A DNA stretch of 35,204 bases, from positions 1-35,204 of IMG/VR virus record IMGVR_UViG_3300010234_000034; one strand, written 5' to 3'. Positions within the stretch are counted from its first letter, which is position 1, and each line of letters begins with the position of its first letter. A model generated the notes under the pieces. It made no database searches, was not told the DNA's origin, and was given only the letters and a program-made list of their open reading frames with translations. The DNA is from a virus. Its lineage: Duplodnaviria; Caudoviricetes. Shown in pieces: positions 1 through 8,476 of this stretch. A program made the position numbers and the translations under genes.

Positions 1-134
1 AAGTAGTTTTCCAACAATCCAATCAATCCACCTATTTGTAAAGAACAAGGGATGTGTTCCCCTTTTTCCGAACGCCAATGTGTAGTTGATGTTGGGGAAA
101 AGAGGGTGGAGTTTTAAGTCCTCCACCACGACTT

Positions 135-1316
135 TTAGGTGAGACTTGCACGATAGTCGCCGTCTGCCTTCAGAACAAGGCTTACTCCTCCCTTTGATGG
201 GGGGCTGTAAGCGGAACGGTAGGCGTAGGTGTTTTTCCAACCAAGGAACGACTGGCAAACAACGATCCATTGGGTCTCATAAATGAGTCCTTCTGGTGTC
301 ATTACGATGGTCGTTTCTGGTTCGGCTACAGCATCGTGAACATGACCCGAGATGAAGAAGTGAACGTTGTCGGTAAAGCGTCTTGCTCTACCAGCCATAT
401 TCATTTTTCCACCCTTCGTCTGGGAGTTTCCTTTGCCGTGGAAGACATAGAAGTTCCAAGTGAACGTGTTGGCATTCACTGAAAGGAAGATCGGCCCATC
501 GAAGTACGGGACTTTCAACCTTTCTGCAAGAATGCGACTTACGTCGATGTTGGTCTTCCTCTCCGTCCTCTGCTCGTGGTTACCCGTGGTTGAACACAGA
601 CACTTATGAGCAATGGGGGCGAGTAGTTCCGTCATCCTGTCCAACTGGGTGTGAGGAGTCTCTACTTGATCGTAGGTCATTCCCCTCGAGTCATCCAAAG
701 CGTTTTCGCAAAGGTCCCCGCCAAGAATGGCATAGACGTTTGGAGTTTCCTCAATCCAGCGAAGGTACGCAAGAAACTTCTCATGGCGGTGTGCGTGGTG
801 TCCGTAGTGGACATCAAACAACGGTGCGATGATGATTTCTTCCTGAAAATCAGGTAGCAGAATGCTGACGAATGGGTCTTCTTCTGCAACCGTAACCTCG
901 TGATCACGATCCTTCAGGACGATTTCCTTCGGGTCGTACTTCGGCAAGAGGACATAAACCTTCTGCCGATAGCGGTCTCTTTGTGTGAAAAGAACGAGTC
1001 CTCCGTAGTCCCCTGCGAGTAGGGTATCGGTATGCTCCTTGAACTTCTTGCGAAGCTCCTTCTCGGTACGTCCCTTGATCAGGAACTTGCGAAAAGTGGC
1101 GATGCGGTGTGCATCGTTGTCATACTGATTGACTGGTGAGATGAGTCCGAGTTCCTCCTTGTATCGTCTGAGAGTTCGGGGTGTTACGCCCAACTTCTCT
1201 GCGAGTGCGGAAGTGGTCTCATTGGAATGTGCTTCCACATAAACTACACGACAAGGTCGGCAGCTTACTTTCGGCACTTTCTTCCCCGAGTATTTCGGGT
1301 GCTTAGGGCAAGTCAT
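135..1316 (-). CDS. Calcineurin-like metallophosphoesterase with N-terminal Cys motif and HTH
   Basis: Motifs FDVHYG, GGDLCEN, GNHE, FHG, GHVH; N-terminal ALAEKLGVTPRTLRRY HTH; start moved to ATG 1316 because GGAGGT lies at 1321-1326. Confidence 0.88.
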   Translation of the reverse strand: MTCPKHPKYSGKKVPKVSCRPCRVVYVEAHSNETTSALAEKLGVTPRTLRRYKEELGLISPVNQYDNDAHRIATFRKFLIKGRTEKELRKKFKEHTDTLLAGDYGGLVLFTQRDRYRQKVYVLLPKYDPKEIVLKDRDHEVTVAEEDPFVSILLPDFQEEIIIAPLFDVHYGHHAHRHEKFLAYLRWIEETPNVYAILGGDLCENALDDSRGMTYDQVETPHTQLDRMTELLAPIAHKCLCSTTGNHEQRTERKTNIDVSRILAERLKVPYFDGPIFLSVNANTFTWNFYVFHGKGNSQTKGGKMNMAGRARRFTDNVHFFISGHVHDAVAEPETTIVMTPEGLIYETQWIVVCQSFLGWKNTYAYRSAYSPPSKGGVSLVLKADGDYRASLT

Positions 1317-1349
1317 AGCGACCTCCTTTTGTGTGTTTAGTGTATTCAT

Positions 1350-1358
1350 ATTATAACA
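1350..1358 (-). promoter_or_regulatory. Extended -10 promoter (TGTTATAAT) of the metallophosphoesterase gene
   Basis: Exact TGnTATAAT upstream of the SD and ATG. Confidence 0.7.
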
Positions 1359-1396
1359 CCTCGACAACACGTTTACCTATTCAGTTTTGTGGAAAA

Positions 1397-2620
1397 CTAT
1401 TTAGGCTCGTAGAAATAGATACGCAAGTTTCCTTGTGTTCTGTATCTCTTTATCCAACTGTCGAGAGTATAGTTTTGACTCCATAGCCCCGTAGAAGAGC
1501 TGTTTGAGTAGATCTTTCCATTCTTTCCCATAACACCAACGTGTCCAGTGAAGGCCTTTGTGGGTGAGATTATAATTGCCCCTGGCTTTGGGATTTTTGT
1601 ATATTTATATTTTGGATTGTTTTCTAAGTAGTCCAGTAAGTATGGTGTGTACGTAATATTTACAGCGAAGTCTGGATCTACAGAACTTACAACAGCGCAA
1701 AGAGATTCGGCACAACCAAGCTCGTCAGGTGCTACGTCTGCTGGTGAAGCATCTTTACCCACCCAATCTAGTGCTGACTGGTATATCTTTTCAATAAGTT
1801 TTGGTTCTGGTTTCGGTTCTGGCTTCGGTTCTGGTACGGGGTCAGCTTCTAAACCCAGTAAACTGAGAATCATTTTCAAAAACTTCTGCCATGCTGTTTC
1901 AACTACCACCTGTCTTTCTATGTGATGTGAGTGGATTGCTAACGGCACAAAATCTGCCCTCATTACCTTCAGGTAAGGTTCATAACTATCAAAGATCATC
2001 TTATCTCCATTGGGTAGTAGTCCATAGCAGATTGTAAGGTGCCCATCTCTGATTCCTGGTGGACCATAATACCTACCGCTATCATCTTTAAACCATGCTG
2101 GCACACTCATTGTTACTGGCCCGTGTTTTAGAGCTTCGGCCAGATCTTCAAACTTTACATTTTCATAACCGTATTCAAATTCAGCACCACGTGCTTTTGC
2201 GAGTGTTTTTAATTTCTTTGGTATCTCTTTATAAAATTCTTCCACTGTCATGTGATCGTTAAAAGGATATTCTTCTTCGAACACGCTCCAGTTTTTCCGT
2301 ATAAAATATTGAACAGTTGATGGACTATTCCCTATAGCTGGATTCGTCTTAGAACCAGCGGCAACAAACCTATCGCTTAGGTTTTGTTCTTTGTATCCAA
2401 GTATCTTCATTAGCCACTCAATTACAGTAAGTGTTGAGAAAGAAACACAACCACTGGTCTCCGCTATGGCATTGCTCTGAGGCTCTGTTTTGGGCATGTA
2501 AGGGCTTGAGTCCCCATTTGGCACTAGGACTGGTCTTCTCTTGTATTTCGCCCCCAGGGAGTTATTTGAGCCAAATACGTAGTCCTCAGGGTTCTCCTCA
2601 TGTATAAATCCGTTGTTCAT
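1397..2620 (-). CDS. Two-domain cysteine peptidase: N-terminal papain-like (C1) domain, PEPK linker, C-terminal NlpC/P60/CHAP-like domain
   Basis: Q..SGCVSFS / GHLTICYG / IFDSY papain-type motifs; Pro-rich linker PVPEPKPEPKPEPK; GCAESL...GHVGV second Cys-His pair. Confidence 0.75.
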   Translation of the reverse strand: MNNGFIHEENPEDYVFGSNNSLGAKYKRRPVLVPNGDSSPYMPKTEPQSNAIAETSGCVSFSTLTVIEWLMKILGYKEQNLSDRFVAAGSKTNPAIGNSPSTVQYFIRKNWSVFEEEYPFNDHMTVEEFYKEIPKKLKTLAKARGAEFEYGYENVKFEDLAEALKHGPVTMSVPAWFKDDSGRYYGPPGIRDGHLTICYGLLPNGDKMIFDSYEPYLKVMRADFVPLAIHSHHIERQVVVETAWQKFLKMILSLLGLEADPVPEPKPEPKPEPKLIEKIYQSALDWVGKDASPADVAPDELGCAESLCAVVSSVDPDFAVNITYTPYLLDYLENNPKYKYTKIPKPGAIIISPTKAFTGHVGVMGKNGKIYSNSSSTGLWSQNYTLDSWIKRYRTQGNLRIYFYEPK

Positions 2621-2621
2621 A

Positions 2622-2855
2622 TTATTTTACTCTTTGTTCTATAAATTTTAATGATGTTCTGATTTCGACTAGATCTGTTTGGATCTGCAACATCGTTATG
2701 TCGAGTGCCTCATGTGTTGTCTGTAGTCCTTCAATCTTTTCAGAATTATCTATAACTTTTTCACCCAACTGAGTCCATGTGATTATTATCCCAGCTACAA
2801 ATAGAACGATAAACCACCAATCTCTTGCAACTTTTATCATATTCTGTCTAGTCAT
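2622..2855 (-). CDS. Small membrane protein with coiled coil (holin/XhlA-like candidate)
   Basis: One TM helix (WWFIVLFVAGIIITW) then a heptad coiled coil; adjacent to the peptidase. Confidence 0.55.
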   Translation of the reverse strand: MTRQNMIKVARDWWFIVLFVAGIIITWTQLGEKVIDNSEKIEGLQTTHEALDITMLQIQTDLVEIRTSLKFIEQRVK

Positions 2856-3279
2856 ACTTTATTGGTTTTACCGCCTCGCCCCGTTCTTTGGCTTTTGTGC
2901 GTATTTCTAAATAAACCCCCCTTTCTAATACATCAACATCTAAATCATAATCAGTAAGTATCTCTGAATATGCGTTGACTATATCGTTCCAGTTTGTCTG
3001 GTCTATAACCACGTTTGGTTGCTCTCCATCAAGGATGGCTTTCTTAACGTGCCCTTTTACATCTGTGCCAGAGTAGGCTTCTGCTTTCTTAATCTTCCTA
3101 TCACCCAGGACTTTCTCCTCTACTATAAGTTCTGCACCTAGCTCATCTTCAATGATGGGTGCATTAGCTGGATCTATTGTGAAGGTTGGCGGTGTCCTAT
3201 CTATTCCAAAGAATACAATAACTCCAATGAATAGTATTCCCGTTAGTCCAAATAGTTTTAGTTTAGTCTCGTTTGTCAT
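2848..3279 (-). CDS. Hypothetical protein with N-terminal membrane anchor
   Basis: 143-aa ORF; hydrophobic helix at about residues 9-25; TAATATG junction. Confidence 0.7.
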   Translation of the reverse strand: MTNETKLKLFGLTGILFIGVIVFFGIDRTPPTFTIDPANAPIIEDELGAELIVEEKVLGDRKIKKAEAYSGTDVKGHVKKAILDGEQPNVVIDQTNWNDIVNAYSEILTDYDLDVDVLERGVYLEIRTKAKERGEAVKPIKYD

Positions 3280-3280
3280 A

Positions 3281-4150
3281 TTAAAATATTGGTATTAGTA
3301 ATGGTGCTCCTCCGTCTCCACCGCCTCCAGCTGCGGCAACCGCCGTGAATGTTCCATCTGCTGTGAATGTATGAAGTGTGTCCCCTCCATCTGTCGTTAT
3401 TGTTCCTCCTGTTGAGTCTGTGGAAACTCCATCTGATCCGTCTGTTGCATATCTAATGATAACGATACCAGAACCTCCCCCACCGCTACCGTTAGCACCT
3501 CCACCTCCTCCAGTGTTGGCTGTTCCGTTTGCTTCTCCAGCTCCACCTCCACAAGTTGCTGTTCCATTACCAGGAGAGGCGGATGTTCCTCCACCTCCTC
3601 CACCGTAACAAACAGATGATCCACTTATTGAACTTGATGTTCCAGCACCTCCGTTTCCTGCTTGTGTACTAGATGAAGCGTTGCCTCCGTTGGCACTATC
3701 ACCAGCTCCACCTCCAGAAGCTAGACCATCTCTCGTTCCACCAGTATTACCTGAGCCAGAATCTCCACCAACTCCCGTTGTGTGTCCTCCCAACCCCGCT
3801 GAAGCTGTTATTGATGAGAAAACACTGTCTTCTCCTGGGTCTCCGTCAACAGAACCAACTCCAGTAGATGCGCCTCCATCACCAACTGTAACTGTGTAGG
3901 CCTGAGCTGTTATATCAAGAGATGCGTTGTATGCAACTTCACCTCCTCCACCTCCAGCGGGAAAGGTTACACCTCCAACACCACCACCAGCTCCACCTCC
4001 TCCAGCAACTACAAGAACCTCAACATGAAACCCTGAAGAACCCAAAACTATTTCGTCTGGGGTCTCTTCAATTGCTGGTTTGTATGACAATACTCCAGCT
4101 AGAAACACCAGAAGCACCATTATTACGATTTTGTTGAAGTGTTTAATCAT
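3281..4150 (-). CDS. Gly-rich domain protein with N-terminal membrane anchor (receptor-binding/fibre-like)
   Basis: VEVLVVAGGGGAG...GGSGIVIIRY...HTFTADGTF Gly-rich signature; start at ATG 4150 (TAATG overlap with upstream stop). Confidence 0.75.
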   Translation of the reverse strand: MIKHFNKIVIMVLLVFLAGVLSYKPAIEETPDEIVLGSSGFHVEVLVVAGGGGAGGGVGGVTFPAGGGGGEVAYNASLDITAQAYTVTVGDGGASTGVGSVDGDPGEDSVFSSITASAGLGGHTTGVGGDSGSGNTGGTRDGLASGGGAGDSANGGNASSSTQAGNGGAGTSSSISGSSVCYGGGGGGTSASPGNGTATCGGGAGEANGTANTGGGGGANGSGGGGSGIVIIRYATDGSDGVSTDSTGGTITTDGGDTLHTFTADGTFTAVAAAGGGGDGGAPLLIPIF

Positions 4151-7100
4151 TATTCTCCTGCACTGAAGCGACAATGCACTGTTGCTGTGCTTGTTGCTGT
4201 GCTAAATACTAATATATCTGTTACTCCTGCTGTTGTTGAAAGAGTTATTGCTGGACCCGCACATTCACTTGGCATAGCTAGAGTTCGTGAGCCTGTTCCG
4301 TCCTGAGTTACGTAGTAAGTTACTGATTGTCCGACTGCGATGTTTGAGAATGCTAGAGTCCTGTTTCCAGCAAGTGTTGTGTAGAACTTGTTATTTGTAG
4401 ACCAATCTAGGGTTACTGTCGCTCCATCTGTTGCTTCGTCTGGTGTTAATACTACTCGTCCATTGTCTATTCTGAAGTCTCCGTATAGGTCTAGGTCGTA
4501 TGCTGGGGTGGTTGTTGCTATACCCACCTTACTTGCTAGGTATGTACCAGTTACGTCTCCGAGGTCTCCAAATCTTGCCGCCTCAAAGGTTGCTCCTGAG
4601 CTGTATGAAGATGCCCCGTATATTGATACATAAGCACCCGAACTAAGAGCTGTTGTTACTATTGCCCCCTTCGTCTTTGTTCCATTGAGGTCTGTTGAGC
4701 TCCATGTAAGAGGAGCTAGTTGCTGTCCCGAACCATAAAGGCTTTCAATGTTGATTCCTGCGTCAGATACAGCGTCTACACCGAGAGCTGAAGTTCCAGC
4801 CACTGTTAGTTTTGCAAGGGGTGAGGTTGTTCCTATACCCACCTTTCCTCCACCTGCAAAATAAGAATTATCTGTATTGTGGTTAAATGTCAAAAACTCA
4901 GTGTTCTGTGTTCCTGAATCGTTGTATGAACGAATCTTTGTGGTTCCACCATTTATTTGGAATCCGATAGTTCTTTCATTGGAAACACCTCCGCTATCAT
5001 AAAGGAATAAGCCAGCAGACTGTGAACCTTCAGTATATAGTCGCCCATCTGCTAATCCTGCACCTACAGCAATACCATCTTCTGTACCTCCATCAAACAC
5101 CCAAGAAAGACCCACGTCCCCCGATAGGTTAAGTAATGATTCTGGTGACGTGTCACCTATACCGACGTTTCCAGTATCACCTTCAATGGTGAAGAAGTTG
5201 GTAACATCTGTTGCGTTGTTTTGTGCTGTATCTACTTGGTGAGTTGTGGCATTAGAGTTTCGGTTAATCATAAAGTCGTCTGTGGAGTATCCTCGTCCCC
5301 AGAACCATTCATATCCTCCTGGCACATTGTGATAATAAGAACCACCTCCTCGTGCTGTTGAGTTTCGTGCCTCCAGTAGAACTGAAGCGTCTGTCCAACC
5401 GCTAGAGTTTCCTGAAATCTTTAGGTCAGTTGTAGTATCAGACCATAGTTCCATTTCTGCTCCTGAGCTTACTGTAGTTGTTCCTACTCCAAAAGCTGAA
5501 CCGTTGATGTAAGAAGTTCCTGCGCTGTAAAGCATCACATCTCTGTTACTGTCTGTGTCCCATAATTCAAGATAGCCATTTCCTGAACCATCTGTTTGAA
5601 TAGTGAGCGCCTGAACATTTGCTGAGTCTTTGAGTTTTAGTAGTGTTTGTGAGGTTTCAGCCGTTCCTTTTACCTCCATTCTATAGGTTGCTGCTGTGTC
5701 TCCAACTACCATATTTCCGCTAGAGTCTATTGTTACTTTGTTGCTACCATTTGTTGTAAACCTTAAATCAGAACCAAAACCTTCAATCTGAACTGGAGTT
5801 GAGTCATCAAGCTCTAGAACAGCAGAGCTTGAGCCGTTTAGGTCTCCCATTCGGAAGTTATTATTTCCGTCTGCTATTGCAAACTTTGAGGCTGGACTAG
5901 TCGTCCCTATACCGACGTTCCCTGTAGATAATATAGTCATCTTCTCTGCATTTCCCGCAAACAAACCTAACCTACCAGAAACCGTAGCGTCTCCTATCTC
6001 AGTTAAGTTGCCGTCGTAATTATGTGTGAACTTTGCACCGATAGTATCTGATGGTGAAGCAAAATATATGTTTCCAGTTACGCTGTCTGGTGTAAGTATA
6101 CTTAGACCTCCTGCAGAAGCTGCTTCTATAATAAGCTCATCTGCTTGTGGGTGAGCCGCACCGCCAGAAGCGCCAGAGTATACAACCAAATTACCGTTTG
6201 GAGTTGTAGAACCTATACCGACGTTTCCTGAGGAGTCGATTGTGAGAGATTCAACCCCTGATGACCCTACATAGAATGACATAGCATCTCCTGTTGAACC
6301 AATCATTACATTTGCATCTCCTGTTGTTACACTGTCCCTGAACACAATTTGCTTACCACTTGAGGCGGTTGTTTCAAGTTTAAGTGTGCGTTGTGTTGCA
6401 CCTGAATTTGCATGTAGTGTTAAGTCTGGTGATGTGTCACCTATACCGACGTTTTGTGAAGAATCTATATATAGGGCAGAGGTTGAATTTGTTATAAGAG
6501 AAAGAGTGTTTGTTCCTGTTCCTCCAATCCCAGTAGACCCATCTGCATGACTTGGTAGCAATGTTGGGTTTGTTGAACTAACTGATTCGTCTATGAGACC
6601 TGGTCCTGTTGCGTCGTCTGCTCTAAACATTCCACTCGCATTAACAAACAAGAAGTCTCTAGCTCCTCCTGTTGTTATAGATAGGTTGTTGTCTGATGAC
6701 TCATAGAGACCAGTGTTTCCATCTCCAAAGGCTAGTCCTGGTGTTGCAGCACTTCCAGCAACACTTGTATCAACAAGCGTTCTGGTTGAAAGGGTTACAA
6801 GGTCTGAAGCAATAGTTACGGGTACTACCGTTGTTGAATCGTCCTTAATTTGGAAAAGAATGTCTTTATATTCTGCGTTTGTGTTTAACTGAAATACAAA
6901 GTTCCCTGTATTCAATTGCTGTAGTTTTAGTCCGTTACTTGCACTATTCCAATAAGTATCGTTACTGATTATCGCCCCCCAAGGGTTAGCGTCATCTGCT
7001 CGTATTGAGAGTAGAGGTGAACCAGCCCCATCGTCTGTTAGAGATAGCTCTTGACCAGTGATTGAACCAGCTACATCAAGGTCGTTTGTTACCTGCAGTG

Positions 7101-7668
7101 TTACTGGCGCAAATAGGTTTCCATCTACTTGAGCGTTTCCTGTTACATGTAAATTAGTTGCTGTAGTAGTTCCAACGGGAAGTGTTAGAGGTGAGGCTAG
7201 AGAAAGAGTGTCTCCAGTTAGAGTGATCTCGTTAGCCGTTCCTGCAAGGTTTGTATCGTCCCCTATGTCTACTTGTCCTACGTTAATGTTGTCTCCTGAG
7301 AGCGTTACATAATCCAAAGAACCTGATGTTCCTAGATTAGTATCGTCTGATATATCTACTGTATTAGCTGTGATCTGCTGTCCTGAAAGTGTTAGGTAGT
7401 CTTGTCCTGCAAGGGTTACTGCGTCGTGTGCCACCCCGAATCCAAGTGTTGAGGTTGCTACTACGTCATATTTACCATTAGCATTACCAACAAGAACCTG
7501 CCCATAGGTAGGTTTAGTTGACGTTCCTGTTCCACCCTGAAATGGAAGTGTTATAGACAGCCCCAGTACTGGATCTTCTATCTGAGAAGTTTGATTTGAT
7601 ATTAAAATTCCACCGAGAGCTAAAACTCCGATGATTCCTATTGCTGCATATTGTATAAATCCTTTCAT
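4150..7668 (-). CDS. Long tail-fibre/adhesin-like protein with GNVGIG repeats and N-terminal membrane anchor
   Basis: 1172 aa, Thr/Ser/Gly-rich; repeated (G/Q)NVGIGxTSP units; C-terminal TLAGNRTL...TQDGTGSRTL domain typical of fibre tips. Confidence 0.75.
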   Translation of the reverse strand: MKGFIQYAAIGIIGVLALGGILISNQTSQIEDPVLGLSITLPFQGGTGTSTKPTYGQVLVGNANGKYDVVATSTLGFGVAHDAVTLAGQDYLTLSGQQITANTVDISDDTNLGTSGSLDYVTLSGDNINVGQVDIGDDTNLAGTANEITLTGDTLSLASPLTLPVGTTTATNLHVTGNAQVDGNLFAPVTLQVTNDLDVAGSITGQELSLTDDGAGSPLLSIRADDANPWGAIISNDTYWNSASNGLKLQQLNTGNFVFQLNTNAEYKDILFQIKDDSTTVVPVTIASDLVTLSTRTLVDTSVAGSAATPGLAFGDGNTGLYESSDNNLSITTGGARDFLFVNASGMFRADDATGPGLIDESVSSTNPTLLPSHADGSTGIGGTGTNTLSLITNSTSALYIDSSQNVGIGDTSPDLTLHANSGATQRTLKLETTASSGKQIVFRDSVTTGDANVMIGSTGDAMSFYVGSSGVESLTIDSSGNVGIGSTTPNGNLVVYSGASGGAAHPQADELIIEAASAGGLSILTPDSVTGNIYFASPSDTIGAKFTHNYDGNLTEIGDATVSGRLGLFAGNAEKMTILSTGNVGIGTTSPASKFAIADGNNNFRMGDLNGSSSAVLELDDSTPVQIEGFGSDLRFTTNGSNKVTIDSSGNMVVGDTAATYRMEVKGTAETSQTLLKLKDSANVQALTIQTDGSGNGYLELWDTDSNRDVMLYSAGTSYINGSAFGVGTTTVSSGAEMELWSDTTTDLKISGNSSGWTDASVLLEARNSTARGGGSYYHNVPGGYEWFWGRGYSTDDFMINRNSNATTHQVDTAQNNATDVTNFFTIEGDTGNVGIGDTSPESLLNLSGDVGLSWVFDGGTEDGIAVGAGLADGRLYTEGSQSAGLFLYDSGGVSNERTIGFQINGGTTKIRSYNDSGTQNTEFLTFNHNTDNSYFAGGGKVGIGTTSPLAKLTVAGTSALGVDAVSDAGINIESLYGSGQQLAPLTWSSTDLNGTKTKGAIVTTALSSGAYVSIYGASSYSSGATFEAARFGDLGDVTGTYLASKVGIATTTPAYDLDLYGDFRIDNGRVVLTPDEATDGATVTLDWSTNNKFYTTLAGNRTLAFSNIAVGQSVTYYVTQDGTGSRTLAMPSECAGPAITLSTTAGVTDILVFSTATSTATVHCRFSAGE

Positions 7669-7669
7669 A

Positions 7670-8461
7670 TTATAAGTAAGTTATTGTGAAACTGGTTCCT
7701 GATAATGAGTCATCTAGTGCGGTTGTAAATGTGATTAAGCTACCAGATATAGAATATTCGCTTGGGTGTATAACCTGACCGTTAATGGCAAAGTGTATAA
7801 TGCTTGTTATCTTTGCAACCGTTCTATATTCCTTATTAGCACCGTCTATGTCTCCAACAGGTGTTTCTGTCTTCACTAACCGTCCAAGAGCAAACTTCAC
7901 TCCATTGTCTGTTACGCCACCGCCCAACATCTTCTTGTCTGTTGTTTTTGACAACTCCTTCTTTAGTCGTTCCACCTCCTTTTTTAATACTTCTATAGCA
8001 TCAATAAGCTCGAAAGGTTTTTCTGGCTCTGGTATAAGTGCTTCCATCTTTTTTAACAAATCCCCGTCGGGTGATCGAGATTCAAGCTCGTAAGTAACAG
8101 AACGCACCTTATCTCGTATAAAGTTAAGGTTTTCTGACTGCTCTCTCTCCATCTTGGCAAATACCTTTTTTACATCAGCTTTGAAAGATTCAACTTCTCC
8201 ATTAGCAACATTTGTTAGTTTCTTTTCTATCTCTTTAACAATAGACGCAAATGCTGACATGTCGGCCAATAACTTCTCTCTAGTGTCCTTTGTAGACTTA
8301 ACAACAACAGTAAAAGCTTCTAAGAAATCTTCTTTCCTTACCCAGTCCATGTTGTCTATCATCTTAGAGAGCTTTGTGAGTTTTCTCTCCCCTTCAGACA
8401 TACCTTCGTATGGGTCTTTTTTGTTTATTAGCTTATTTAGTTTTTGTAGTGCTGTTGGCAT
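7670..8461 (-). CDS. Coiled-coil protein with C-terminal beta domain, probably virion-associated
   Basis: Lys/Glu-rich helical N-terminus; C-terminal ETPVGDIDGANKEY...ITFTTA motif like those of phage structural proteins. Confidence 0.6.
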   Translation of the reverse strand: MPTALQKLNKLINKKDPYEGMSEGERKLTKLSKMIDNMDWVRKEDFLEAFTVVVKSTKDTREKLLADMSAFASIVKEIEKKLTNVANGEVESFKADVKKVFAKMEREQSENLNFIRDKVRSVTYELESRSPDGDLLKKMEALIPEPEKPFELIDAIEVLKKEVERLKKELSKTTDKKMLGGGVTDNGVKFALGRLVKTETPVGDIDGANKEYRTVAKITSIIHFAINGQVIHPSEYSISGSLITFTTALDDSLSGTSFTITYL

Positions 8462-8467
8462 ATATAT

Positions 8468-8476
8468 ATTATAACA
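8468..8476 (-). promoter_or_regulatory. Extended -10 promoter for a leaderless transcript
   Basis: TGTTATAAT followed by 6 nt and ATG 8461. Confidence 0.7.

Noticed and set aside
1800-1840. 12-bp tandem repeat as a regulatory or contingency locus
   Set aside because: It simply encodes the PEPK interdomain linker
3281-7668. Diversity-generating retroelement acting on the fibre genes
   Set aside because: No reverse transcriptase and no TR/VR pair differing at adenines was seen
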